A stretch of DNA of 64,000 nt from NCBI GenBank assembly GCA_030739585.1, contig JASLYX010000003.1:147633-211632 (forward strand), given 5' to 3'. A program made the position numbers and the translations under genes. This DNA comes from Candidatus Bathyarchaeota archaeon. Its GTDB lineage: Archaea > Thermoproteota > Bathyarchaeia > TCS64. Of the stretch, positions 40,894-51,278 are shown in pieces; the stretch's first letter is position 1, and each line of letters opens with the position of its first letter. The notes under the pieces are model-generated. The model was not told the origin of the DNA. It saw only the letters and a list, made by a program, of their open reading frames with translations, and did no database searches.

Positions 40894-42753
40894 CTATTTC
40901 CGCAGGTTCTTTATCGAGGCTTCGACATCGCCCAGCCCATATTTTTCTAAGGCCGCCTTAGTAGGGATACCCCTTTCGTCCCATCCAAGGGTCTCGAAAT
41001 AGGCCGCCCTCTTTTCCCCCACGACGATCTTATCCGTGGTTCGGCCTTTATAGGGACCGCTTGGTAGGGCTTCGTAGAACCGGGGTGGGTTATCGTCATC
41101 CTCTAGGGGTTCCCAAAAAATATCTGGTCCCCCGAAGAGGAGGAGTGCCCTCTGGAGGGTAACTATCCTAGGTCCCTGTTCGGTACGCCAGCCCTCTCGG
41201 CTTATGGGAAAACCGGTCACACCTTTTGCGAAGTCAAAGACCAGCTGCTGGGGCACTCCTGAGTAGGTGAAATTACAAAAGACTCCTGAGTCAGTGAAGA
41301 CCGAGGCGGACATCTCCGAGTAACCATCCACGGAAACGCTGGTATGATCTCCTCCCTGGACGTTAGGTCCGTAGCTGATATCATGGGTATAGTCAGCGTC
41401 GCTCCGGGTACCGTGGGCGCCGATCTCGATGGCCTTGACATGGACCACATATTTAGTGAGATCCATGCCTTTCATCTCACCCAGCTTTAAGGCGGCCCTG
41501 TAGGAGCCCTCTGCTAAGATGTCTCCAATGCCTTCTCTTTGAGCGATCATATAAGCAAGCTGCTCGAAGGCGGCGGTATCCCCCCACTCTAACTTTAGCC
41601 CGATCTCCTCCTCGGAAAGGATGCCCCGCTGGTAGAGCTCCGCTGCAAAACCCATAGTATTGGGCCCGTTGATACCACTATGGCCTAGTTTGTCGCAGAG
41701 GGTACTGATGTGGATGTTATCACCAGGGTCGAAGATTCCGAGGTTGGTCCCACAATAGGCCTGAAGCTCGTAGTCAGGCATGTCGGTGATGTCCCCTTTC
41801 CAGCGGCCGCTCTTGATGCAGCTCACTTTCATGCAACTGGTGCTGCATCCGTAGTCAGCCCAGTACTTTTTGACCCAGTACTTGTTTTCGAAACGGGGCC
41901 CGCCGAAGCTCTCAGCGTCGTGCCACTCCTCCTGCCAGTTACGTACTGGCTCGGAGCTTGTTTCATTCCCCACAATGAAGCCAGCATAGCCAGTACCCCA
42001 TCGGCGCATGCTCCGTGGCCTGACGAGGTGGTCTTCCGTCTTCTCCAGCATCAGCTTTACAGCCTCAGGGGCATCAACCTTGGGGATCATCCCCCTGCCC
42101 TTTGCAACGATGGCCTTAAGGTTCTTTGAGCCCATCACCGCACCATAGCCCCCGTAGCCCGCCGCGTGGCAGAGCTTGGAACAGACTGCAGAGTTACGGA
42201 CCATATTTTCCCCTGCTGGGCCGATATAGATCTTGCCGGGCTCCCGTATGAGCCCGATGTGCCTATTCCTATTGGTTAGTTCATCAACGACCTCCACATT
42301 CAGAGTCTTGATGATCTCCTCGCTCTCCTTACCCCAAAGGTGGTCAGCTCCTACTATCTCGCCACCGTCATCAGTGACGAGGATATATACGGGGTCCTTA
42401 GATTTTCCTGTGACGATAACTCCGTCGTAACCCGCCATCTTAAGTTCTGAAGCGAACTCGGTACTAGCCGTGGAACCTACAGTACCGTTGCTCAAGGGAG
42501 ACTTCCCTGTAACACATATCCTGGCCCCAGGGTAGATTGCCGTCATGGGTCCTGTAAGGGCTAACAGGATGTTCTCGGGTCCTAAGGGGTCCACCTTTGC
42601 CCAAACTTTTCCGAGACGGTCCCAAAGTATCTTTGCCCCTAATCCCCGGCCGCCGAAGTATTGTTCTAGGATCTCGTTACTAAAGTTGACGTCCTTTACC
42701 TTGCCCTTGGTGAGGTTAACCTCTAAGAATTTACCCGCATATCCACCAGGCAT
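40894..42753 (-). CDS. aldehyde:ferredoxin oxidoreductase family paralogue
   Basis: MPGGYAGKFLEVNLTKGKV… N-terminus, 619 aa. Confidence 0.9.
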   Translation of the reverse strand: MPGGYAGKFLEVNLTKGKVKDVNFSNEILEQYFGGRGLGAKILWDRLGKVWAKVDPLGPENILLALTGPMTAIYPGARICVTGKSPLSNGTVGSTASTEFASELKMAGYDGVIVTGKSKDPVYILVTDDGGEIVGADHLWGKESEEIIKTLNVEVVDELTNRNRHIGLIREPGKIYIGPAGENMVRNSAVCSKLCHAAGYGGYGAVMGSKNLKAIVAKGRGMIPKVDAPEAVKLMLEKTEDHLVRPRSMRRWGTGYAGFIVGNETSSEPVRNWQEEWHDAESFGGPRFENKYWVKKYWADYGCSTSCMKVSCIKSGRWKGDITDMPDYELQAYCGTNLGIFDPGDNIHISTLCDKLGHSGINGPNTMGFAAELYQRGILSEEEIGLKLEWGDTAAFEQLAYMIAQREGIGDILAEGSYRAALKLGEMKGMDLTKYVVHVKAIEIGAHGTRSDADYTHDISYGPNVQGGDHTSVSVDGYSEMSASVFTDSGVFCNFTYSGVPQQLVFDFAKGVTGFPISREGWRTEQGPRIVTLQRALLLFGGPDIFWEPLEDDDNPPRFYEALPSGPYKGRTTDKIVVGEKRAAYFETLGWDERGIPTKAALEKYGLGDVEASIKNLRK

Positions 42754-43275
42754 CTAGATAACCTCCTCTCCCTTCTCCCCGAAGAGATTCACCGCTAGCT
42801 CCTTTGCTACTTGGATTGGATGGACTGCAAAGAGCTTGTGGTTCCCGTTGGGGCTCTCATTGACCACTGCGAGAGCGTTGTACCTCGCCTTTTGGCAGGA
42901 CTTGACGCACTCGGGGTCCCCACCGCAGAGATCACAGATTACCGCCTTCTTAGTTTCAGGATGAAGTATTGGTATTTGACCGGGGCAGGCCTTGATGCAG
43001 AGAGAGCAGCTTGTGCACTTATCATCGTCCACCAGCACTGCGCTGGTCTCTTCTTCGACGCTGAGGGCGTCCACAGGACAGCTCTCGATACAAGGATAAT
43101 CCTGGCACTGGGCACAGAAATGGGGCACCTCGACCCCAGGGAAGGGCATAAAGACCCTGATTCTAGAGGCCTCGGGCCATATCCAGTCCTCGTGATGGAT
43201 ACTGCAAGCAATTTCGCATCTACGGCATCCGGTACAATTGAGATAATCTCTTGTGATCCATATCTGATCGGTCAT
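42754..43275 (-). CDS. 4Fe-4S polyferredoxin-like electron-transfer subunit
   Basis: Multiple CxxCxxCxxxCP motifs. Stop overlaps the AOR start (translational coupling). Confidence 0.8.
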   Translation of the reverse strand: MTDQIWITRDYLNCTGCRRCEIACSIHHEDWIWPEASRIRVFMPFPGVEVPHFCAQCQDYPCIESCPVDALSVEEETSAVLVDDDKCTSCSLCIKACPGQIPILHPETKKAVICDLCGGDPECVKSCQKARYNALAVVNESPNGNHKLFAVHPIQVAKELAVNLFGEKGEEVI

Positions 43276-43401
43276 ATTCTCACCAGAATTGTTGCTTTCA
43301 ATTACGCCTCTCTCAATAAAAAAAGTTTGCTGATAGTAAAAAGAGATCGGATTATGCGTTTAAAAGAGCATCAACCTTGGGCTATGCTCTCCTTAACCTG
43401 C

Positions 43402-44184
43402 TTAGGCATTCTTTCGAGTGTGCCATCGATTCATGATCATGCTCAAGAGTTCAGGCTGGAGCACATGAAGAGTCTTCGCCTCCCCTTTTGGTATAAAGAT
43501 CCTGATCAGCATTAGCTTCCCCAGACGATCCCCCGTCTCCAGGTAGGCCTCAGGCTTCCTTAGCTGCTCATCCAAGTGCCTCTCATGAAACTCAGCAATA
43601 GCGGGTTGAATGCACTCGTCTAGGATGACCCTGTTAGACAACTCATGCCCGAATCCCACAGTAAAAGTGTACTTGATAAACCCCTCATGAGTGAGGTTTA
43701 ATATCCGGCTGTTCATTACCTGGGTGTTGGGCACCTTCAGCAGATTGAATGTTGGAGTGTACAAGTTCGTGTAGTTTATAGTGATCTCCTCAACCTGCCC
43801 CTCCAGAGCGCCGATCTTCACATAGTCCTTTACCTTAAAGGGCTGGGTTACCAGTACGTAGAATCCTGCTACCACGTTGTTAATGGTCTGGCTAGAACCG
43901 AAGCCCAAGACGGCACCAATAAGAGCTGAACTCCCCACGAACCAGTCGGTGGGGAGGCTCCAAACCCTAAGAAGAACTGTGGAGGCTACCATGATTGCGG
44001 CGACCCTAAAAACAAGCCTTGCAGCGTTCATCGCATGTGGCTCCAACTCGGCATTCTTTCCAGTACGGGAGAGGAGCCGGCTCAGGTACTTGTAAGTGAT
44101 AAAGATCACCACAATCGCCACAACACTCTGAAGAAGCTTCACGGCATCAGGGGGAAGCTGAGCCCAAATATCCAACAACGACAT
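43402..44184 (-). CDS. small-conductance mechanosensitive channel (MscS family)
   Basis: Three N-terminal TM helices plus the conserved beta-domain VKDYVKIGALEGQVEEITINYTNLYT. Confidence 0.85.
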   Translation of the reverse strand: MSLLDIWAQLPPDAVKLLQSVVAIVVIFITYKYLSRLLSRTGKNAELEPHAMNAARLVFRVAAIMVASTVLLRVWSLPTDWFVGSSALIGAVLGFGSSQTINNVVAGFYVLVTQPFKVKDYVKIGALEGQVEEITINYTNLYTPTFNLLKVPNTQVMNSRILNLTHEGFIKYTFTVGFGHELSNRVILDECIQPAIAEFHERHLDEQLRKPEAYLETGDRLGKLMLIRIFIPKGEAKTLHVLQPELLSMIMNRWHTRKNA

Positions 44185-44810
44185 ATACAGACTTTCAGAA
44201 GGCTCTCGCCTTATCTATTTTTCGAGTGTTTTCTCGAAAAATGGTTTTTTGTGCTCCGCACGCATATATTATCTCTAAGGGGAACTACAGCCAGCCCCTG
44301 AGTTAGAGGACTGGGTGGAAGAGTAGGAGCCTGATAGATATAGCCTGGAACCCCCAGAGGAGGATCGTGCTGAGGAAGAGTGGAGGTTCACGAAGTCCCC
44401 GGGGCTGAGGCAGGTTGCTTTTAGGATAGTTATCAAAGGCCTCAAAGCTCACGCTTTGCATCTGCTGGTTTATGAAAGCTAAGATCATTGAAGAGTCTCA
44501 CAGTATAGCTTAAATCATCAAAGGAGAACGCTGACTGAATAGCCCTCTCAAAGGCTTGAAAATAAAGCCCTATCCAAAAAAAAACTAATAGAAGATAAGA
44601 ATACTATAATTGCTACCCGATTTCCACTGCATTTTGAAGAAAAGAGAACTGGAATAAATTAAAAATAGAGGGCAAGGGTACCCCATTCATAAATAGATCT
44701 CCAAACACCTAGGTGATCAAAAAAAAGTCCTTTGAGATTATATTCAACTCAATAAGCTAAACCATCCAGCTAAATTTCCGTAAAATAAGCGACCGCTCAC
44801 TAGGTGGGAA

Positions 44811-44886
44811 TGGAGCCCCGGGCGGGAGTCGAACCCGCGGCCAACAGCTTACAAGGCTGCCGCTCTGGCCACTGAGCTACCGGGGC
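44811..44886 (-). tRNA. tRNA-Thr (anticodon UGU), CCA encoded
   Basis: Reverse complement: GCCCCGG-TA-GCTC-AGTGGCCA-GAGC-G-GCAGC-CTTGTAA-GCTGT-TGGCC-GCGGG-TTCGACT-CCCGC-CCGGGGC-T-CCA. Canonical cloverleaf, 76 nt. Confidence 0.85.
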
Positions 44887-45732
44887 GCAGTCACAACAAA
44901 TAACCACCCAACATATAATTATTAGTCAATCGAGTCTAGAGCCGCTATTCTATGTAAAGGGGTTAAATAAGTATGGGTCGATGCCCCTCACTGTTTGCCG
45001 ATATCTAACGTATTTTTCCGCCCGGAGCTAAATGAGAGGAGCATCTGGATGGCGTGTTCTGATGATGTAGTGTAGGGCTTTAGGGTATAGGACGATCCCC
45101 AGGCCGAGGAGGATTTTTACACGGATAACGCGTATCACGTTTTGGTGAAGTATTTCCCTTGTTTCGGGAATTTAAGGCCCATCAACAGCTAGGCAGGCCA
45201 GGACGTGATTAATAGCTTTGACCAGCTGCCTTTAGTGAAGTCGGTGCCTGGGAGGATCTATGTGGGGGCGGCGAGCGGAAGGGGTATCATGAAGTGCGAT
45301 GCTATTGGGAGGATCGCTTCATCCCTGTATGTTGGTGAAAAGAAGGCGGAACTCGTCGGGGGGTGCCGGTTCCGGGTCTCAGACCAGAGGATCCACCACG
45401 GGCGGAGCGGGAGACTCTGGTTATCCAGGTTCCCGGTTCTTTAGGCATTCAAGGACACTCTCCGCCATGATGTGGACCGCCTTGAGGCTGAGGACATCAT
45501 GGTATGAGCCGATTCGGAACGCGCCGCTAGACGGGTGCTAAAATATTATCTCCAAGGATCCAGCTACCTCTTTGCGCGCGCTGGGCGCTAAAGTCTCTCT
45601 AGAATTGTGCCTTAGTTCCACTATCTTTGCATAATATTTGCATCAGGTTTTAGAATTGAATATAAATGTCCCCTACGTGGGCTATAACAAACAAGAAATG
45701 AGTAAGATCCAAGTCCGAGATAGGGAAAAGTA

Positions 45733-46509
45733 ATGATCAACTCTATCGCTATAGTAGTCATTGTCTTGATCATCGCGGGCTCCCTCTTCATCGTAAAGCA
45801 GTGGGAGAACGCGGCAGTACTTCGCTTAGGAAAGATCATCAAAACTGTAGAGCCGGATCTTAACTTCAAGATACCTATCATCGACACAATCACCAAGGTC
45901 GATATGAGGACCCAGACCGTTGACCTCAAAGGCCAGTCAGCCATCACCGCGGATAACATCTCCTTGAGCGTCGATGCCGTCATCTTCATGACTATTGAGG
46001 ACCCCGAGAAGATCATCACCCAGATCGTCAACTATAGGGACGCCGTCTCTAAGTATGCCCAAACGGCCATACGGAACATCATCGGCCAGTATAACCTTGA
46101 CGACCTCCTTGAGAGCAGAGAGGAGATCGCGATCAAACTCAAAGATGAGATCGACATACTCTCCAAGGATTGGGGCATCGATATCGCAAGGGCAGGCCTC
46201 CAAGACATCAGCCTCCCAAAGGACATGAAGCGAGCCTTCGCTGTCCAGGCCGAAGCGGAGAGGGAAAGCAGAGCCATTCTCATCAAGGCTGAAGCTGAGC
46301 TCCAGGCCTCTTCTAAACTCGCTGAGGCCGCCATGAACATGCAAGATCCCAATGCCATGCAGCTAAGAATCCTCTCAACGGTGAACGATGTGAGCAAGGA
46401 CCAGAGCAACACTATCATCTTGGCCCTTCCCCTGGAGACCCTAAAAGCCGCAGGGGTCCAAGGCGTAGCAAGCCTCTCAGCCATAGGCTCAAAGAAAAAC
46501 ACGAACTAG
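45733..46509 (+). CDS. SPFH/band-7 stomatin-like protein
   Basis: N-terminal TM, then VKQWENAAVLRLGK… SPFH domain and coiled-coil AEAERESRAILIKAEAE. Confidence 0.9.
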   Translation: MINSIAIVVIVLIIAGSLFIVKQWENAAVLRLGKIIKTVEPDLNFKIPIIDTITKVDMRTQTVDLKGQSAITADNISLSVDAVIFMTIEDPEKIITQIVNYRDAVSKYAQTAIRNIIGQYNLDDLLESREEIAIKLKDEIDILSKDWGIDIARAGLQDISLPKDMKRAFAVQAEAERESRAILIKAEAELQASSKLAEAAMNMQDPNAMQLRILSTVNDVSKDQSNTIILALPLETLKAAGVQGVASLSAIGSKKNTN

Positions 46510-46660
46510 CCAGACCCGGCTAGGACCCCTATGTTTCGGTTAATAAGTGAGGCCCCCCAAGGCAGTTTCATCTTCCCCTTCTTGAGGTCACGCGTGCGAC
46601 AACCCCTAATCTCTCCTCAAGCTTACCTTATATGACACCTTCGAACAAGAAGAGTGACAT

Positions 46661-47617
46661 ATGTTTCATCCAACAGTCATCGTCATCTCCCACGGAGAAG
46701 ATGCTGACGGTATCACATGCGCAGCCCTAATAAAGCGTATGAAGCAAGCCCGACCTGTCTTGGTCAACTACGACGAGCTCAAAGACGCCTTGAGGAACAT
46801 CCAGCCCCCACTAGACGAATTATATTTCTGCGACCTCAACGTCAGGGAGGATCTTCTTGAGGAGTTTCTTCGAATCGCCAGCTTCAGCCGGGTTACTATT
46901 GTAGACCACCATCCTACTGCACCCGGCATCCTAGAACAAATAGAGAATGCCGGGGCAGAGGTGATCCACGACACTAGGGACTGCGCCAGCGTCCTCCTCT
47001 ATAACCGATATAGGGACGAGCTAGGACGGAAAGCGGGGAGGATGGCTGCATTCGCTGCATGGGCAGACCAGTTCGATGATGGCCCCATCGCCAAAACTCT
47101 TCTCCTGGACTACGACCGGCAATCCGTTCAGCATGAGGGACTACTCCTAGCCCACGCCCTACCCCAAAGGGCCACCAAGGAGTTTAGAGCAAAGGTACTA
47201 GATGCGATAAGCCGCCTCGAACCCCCTCACAGGACTCAAGGAGTGCCGGAGGCCGCTATCGAGCATCTTGAAAAGGTTGCTACCCTCATAAACACCCTTA
47301 CTGGAAAGGCGAAGCGCCTCCGTGTGCTGGCATACGTGAAAGTTGACGAAGGGTTGTCCTCAGGCTCCGTCGCAGGGCTCATAACAGACGCCATTGGAAC
47401 TCAGGTAGGCGTTTGCTATAAGCAGAAGGGCGATCACATAAACATCTCGCTCAGAAGCAGACGGGAGCTTCCCCATCATTTAGGGGAGATAACAAGACGG
47501 ATCGCCACTGGACTCGGAGGCTTTGGAGGCGGCCACAAACATGCCAGCGGGGCAAGTATACCCGGGGAAGCTCTTGAGAAGTTCCTAGAGCAGTTGGATG
47601 CGAGACTCAGCCTATAA
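46661..47617 (+). CDS. DHH-family phosphoesterase (NrnA/RecJ-like)
   Basis: DHH motif (TIVDHHPT), DADG, and DHHA1 GGGHKHASGA motif. Confidence 0.8.
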   Translation: MFHPTVIVISHGEDADGITCAALIKRMKQARPVLVNYDELKDALRNIQPPLDELYFCDLNVREDLLEEFLRIASFSRVTIVDHHPTAPGILEQIENAGAEVIHDTRDCASVLLYNRYRDELGRKAGRMAAFAAWADQFDDGPIAKTLLLDYDRQSVQHEGLLLAHALPQRATKEFRAKVLDAISRLEPPHRTQGVPEAAIEHLEKVATLINTLTGKAKRLRVLAYVKVDEGLSSGSVAGLITDAIGTQVGVCYKQKGDHINISLRSRRELPHHLGEITRRIATGLGGFGGGHKHASGASIPGEALEKFLEQLDARLSL

Positions 47618-47659
47618 GAGAATAAGTTAACGTTGTATTCGGTCGGTTGTCTTAGTTCA

Positions 47660-48106
47660 CTATTGGATGTTATAAGATAGTTCTAGGAGTTTCTTTGTAA
47701 TCCTATACCGGGTCTTCATTATTGTGAGGTGGCCTATCTGGGCGGTCCTTGGTGTGTGGTGTTTGTTGCAAGCATTTACATTCCAATCGGGGATGTGGAG
47801 GATGGTCAGCCTGGTGATGGCGGCGGGGATGGGGAATAAATCGTAAATGGCGTCGCCGTGTTGCTCTTCAGCATCTATTCTCTCCATTTCGACGACATCA
47901 ACATGGGCATCTTCCAGTATCTTGGAGTTTGCGAGCTCCTCAATGTGGAGGACCTCTTTAGGTGTTGGTTTCCGGTTAAACTGGAGGGTAAGCCTCCCAT
48001 GGTTCTCCTTAACGTGCACACCGGCGGTCCACCTGGCACCTAGTACCTTCACAGCAGCACCTTTGAGGACATGTAAAGCTGTGTGGGTCCTCGTCTCGAT
48101 AGCCAT
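47660..48106 (-). CDS. AlaX-S-type tRNA editing domain protein (Ser-tRNA(Ala) deacylase)
   Basis: HTALHVL (HxxxH) and CNKHH (CxxxH) zinc motifs of the Thr/Ala-tRNA synthetase second additional domain. 148 aa. Confidence 0.65.
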   Translation of the reverse strand: MAIETRTHTALHVLKGAAVKVLGARWTAGVHVKENHGRLTLQFNRKPTPKEVLHIEELANSKILEDAHVDVVEMERIDAEEQHGDAIYDLFPIPAAITRLTILHIPDWNVNACNKHHTPRTAQIGHLTIMKTRYRITKKLLELSYNIQ

Positions 48107-48478
48107 TGTGTATTCACCTAATCCTTAGGAGTTCCTCTATATCGCGATACTCAAAGACAGTCTGAATTGCTCGTGCTATATAATGAAGCTGCTACTATAT
48201 GCTCGCGTACAATGAGGTTAGGTTCTACTTGGCAGAGCATGCCGCATGGATCAAAGCGATTCCTCAAGATGGCCCTTAGGGTATTCTCAACTCTAATCTC
48301 CTCATTCCCCTTTTTGAGGCCCAATATCACAAACACCAAATATCTCCTGGCCCAATTCCGTTTAAAACCATGTGGGCCTTCTACAAAATATTGACGCAGC
48401 AGATTAGATAGTGTCGAGATTGCCACACACTAAAACCTAGCATCCAGAGAAGGCATTAAGTGAGCGTTAGTATAACAA

Positions 48479-49813
48479 TTGACTATTGGTGAAAATGGAA
48501 TGACGGAAATAGATTTTGCCCTCGGAAGCAGGTACACAGAAAAGTACAATACCCTCTCTCTTAGGAAGAGGGCTGAGATCCAAAATAATTGGCTTAAGGA
48601 GCGCCTCGACAAGGTGCTTCCGGAGATTATGACAAGAGAGGGCTTTGATATGTGGATAGTCACATCCCGCGAATCCAACGAGGACCCCACATATTTTTCA
48701 TTGACACCAGAGCCTACCCTATACGCAAAAAGGCGCACGATCCTCCTCTTCCACCTAAAGAACGGGGAGCTAGAGAGACTTACTGTCTCTAAGTCAGGGT
48801 CCCCCGGCTTCTATAAGGCCGTCTGGGACCCCAAGAAAGAGAAACAGCATGTATGCCTCGGCAGGATTGTCCGAGAACGAGATCCTGAGTCAATCGGAAT
48901 AAACACATCCCAGATGACCCAGTATAGCGACGGCCTTACTCACAGCGATTACATCTACCTCGAGAAGGCCCTTGGTAAAGAGTACATGGCTAGAACTAAG
49001 GGCGCTTGGAGGCTTACCTGTGGTTGGCTGGAGAGACGGATCCTCCCTGAGGTCATGGCCTACGAGAGCCTCGTGGAGATCACCCACGCCATAATCGCAG
49101 AAGCCTTCTCAAGCAGAATAATCACCCCCGGGATCACCACAGTTGATGACGTAGCGTGGTGGATGCGGCAGAAGATCCGTGACCTTGGCTTCCTCGCCTG
49201 GTTCCAACCTAGTATAGACCTGCAGGCCGAGGACGTTGATATGATCCCAATGGGACGCAGCAAGATAGAGGGAGAGCGGCGGACTATCATGCCGGGTGAC
49301 CTTATCCACTGCGATGTTGGATTCAGATATCTTGGGCTTCATACTGACGTCCAGCAAAACGCATACGTCCTGAAGCCGGGGGAAATCAACGCCCCTGAGG
49401 GCCTTAAAAAGGCAATAACCCTTGGCAATAGGCTCCAGGACATCCATGCCGAGTCCATGATTACCGGCAGAACAGGAAACGAAATCTTGAAAGCCGCACG
49501 GGAGAAAGCGAAGACGGAAGGGATCAAAGCCAGCATCTATACTCATCCTATCGGGTTTCACGGCCACGCCGCGGGGCCTATTATAGGGCTCTGGGATAAC
49601 CAGAGGGGCGTCCCAGGGATGGGGGACTACGAGCTTTTCAACGATACATGCTACTCTATTGAACTCAACGTACGATGCGGTATTCCTGAGTGGGGAGGAA
49701 AACAGATCCGCATGTCTCTTGAGCAGGACGCTGTATTCACCAAGGGAAAACTGAGGTTCTTAGCAGGGAGACAGAAAAAGCTACATCTCGTGGGGAGTCC
49801 TCTTCCTACTTGA
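48479..49813 (+). CDS. M24-like pita-bread hydrolase (divergent)
   Basis: GDLIHCDVGFRYLGLHTD, HPIGFHGHAAGP and YSIELNV segments match M24 metal-ligand blocks. Atypical N-terminal domain. Confidence 0.55.
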   Translation: MTIGENGMTEIDFALGSRYTEKYNTLSLRKRAEIQNNWLKERLDKVLPEIMTREGFDMWIVTSRESNEDPTYFSLTPEPTLYAKRRTILLFHLKNGELERLTVSKSGSPGFYKAVWDPKKEKQHVCLGRIVRERDPESIGINTSQMTQYSDGLTHSDYIYLEKALGKEYMARTKGAWRLTCGWLERRILPEVMAYESLVEITHAIIAEAFSSRIITPGITTVDDVAWWMRQKIRDLGFLAWFQPSIDLQAEDVDMIPMGRSKIEGERRTIMPGDLIHCDVGFRYLGLHTDVQQNAYVLKPGEINAPEGLKKAITLGNRLQDIHAESMITGRTGNEILKAAREKAKTEGIKASIYTHPIGFHGHAAGPIIGLWDNQRGVPGMGDYELFNDTCYSIELNVRCGIPEWGGKQIRMSLEQDAVFTKGKLRFLAGRQKKLHLVGSPLPT

Positions 49814-50092
49814 TCTTCCTAAAAGGGGGTCTAATTCACACGCGCTGAGAGCTTGGAAAATTAAGGAGTGCAGGCTCGTTTTCCTAAATATCATCTTCTA
49901 AGCAGTCCATCACGAGATTGTCCCTTTTGGGATATTAAAAAACTGATTTGAGGCAGATAAGAGCCTCACGGGGACAACAGGGACCTTCAACCCTCGCCGA
50001 TTCTCGTGGATCCAGACGGAAAAACGGATTCGTGCGCGGATGCCAACGTTCCCTTGAGGTTTTACAATACTTTTTAGGTTCAAAGTTCTCAT

Positions 50093-50917
50093 CTACTTCA
50101 TGTAAAAGGGATCTGTAAGCAAGGTCCTAAGAAACGAGATCTTCCCTAGGAACGCTCCGTCCAGCAGATAGACGTCAAAATCATCAACGTTAACAGCTCC
50201 AGACCTGAATAGGGGACCCAGAAGGCCCTTTGGTGTCTCTGCATTGACAGGAATCCCCCCCATGAGATCGTTAAACGTAGGCATAATCACTAATTGAGGG
50301 GGGCGGATAATTGTACCGAAAGCCGCCTCGAAGGAGGCCAAGGGATTCTCCTTCACTTTTATTTTCTCAAATCCCATGAGTGCCACCGCGAGGCTCACAG
50401 GATCAAGATTGCCTCTCACCCAAGCCCTACGCGTAAACCTCACACCCAAAGGCGTGTTTAACTGGACTGCAGGATGGTTGTGTCCCATGACAATAAGGTC
50501 TGCCGCGAGGAGCGGGGGATAAGGCCAAGCGTGGCCGTGAAGGACTGCGACCTGATACTCATCTCCAAAGAGGGCGCCCCGGCTGGGATGAATCTCTACC
50601 TCTTCGGGGGCGAGGTTCTGGATGTTCGCGTCATGATTGCCCCGAACTAGACTAACCCTATCAACCTCACTAAGAAGGGCGTTAAAGAATCGGGGGATTT
50701 CCCTCTTCTCCTGAAAGCTAGTGAGAGGGACACCATGCTTTAGATCTCCGAGAATGACGACCCTATCGGGATTATGCTCCAACACCAGATCCATGAACTC
50801 CCTAAGAAAGCGGTTGGTCTGGTAAGGGATGCTGATACCCATCTTCGCGAGCTCATATTCAATGCCCAAATGAAAGTCAGTAGCTAAGAGGATCCTCTCT
50901 CCAGCCTCAATGAGCAT
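50093..50917 (-). CDS. calcineurin-like metallophosphoesterase
   Basis: LLATDFHLG, ILGDLKHG, VRGNHD, LHGHAWP, MGHNHP motifs. Start placed at MLIEAGER. The ORF-track extension to 51220 is low-complexity and overlaps a better-looking opposite-strand frame. Confidence 0.65.
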   Translation of the reverse strand: MLIEAGERILLATDFHLGIEYELAKMGISIPYQTNRFLREFMDLVLEHNPDRVVILGDLKHGVPLTSFQEKREIPRFFNALLSEVDRVSLVRGNHDANIQNLAPEEVEIHPSRGALFGDEYQVAVLHGHAWPYPPLLAADLIVMGHNHPAVQLNTPLGVRFTRRAWVRGNLDPVSLAVALMGFEKIKVKENPLASFEAAFGTIIRPPQLVIMPTFNDLMGGIPVNAETPKGLLGPLFRSGAVNVDDFDVYLLDGAFLGKISFLRTLLTDPFYMK

Positions 50918-51278
50918 CGCCGGCCAAGGAGTGAGAAGCTTGAACACCTGGATCCCCGCCCAATATCCTGCGACGTTCAATTTAAACCCGGTTCCTAACC
51001 CTCTACTGACAAAAAAGTTGTAAAGGGAGGCATCAAGATATCCCTGGAGATTCAAACTGGCAATCACTGAGGAGCGACGGGTCCTAGAGCAAATCTGCGA
51101 TGAGCTAAGAGCCACGCCAACCCTCACTAAGGCCCAATGGGATCGTCTCAGGTCAAGCCTTGCAGATCGCTTCGATAAGGCTTGGAGGATCGTAGGACAG
51201 AAAAGAGTAAAAAAGTACATCTTTGAGCGCTCAGGTCGGGTAGTCTGGATCGTCGTTGGTCGGGGAAGCGAATATCAA

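Noticed and set aside
45205-45541. Two overlapping 79-80-aa ORFs after tRNA-Thr
   Set aside because: Gly/Arg/Ser low-complexity translations without motifs. Likely non-coding.
50918-51220. N-terminal 100-aa extension of the metallophosphoesterase ORF
   Set aside because: Low-complexity sequence, internal Met immediately before the first PDE motif, and a far more protein-like frame on the opposite strand.
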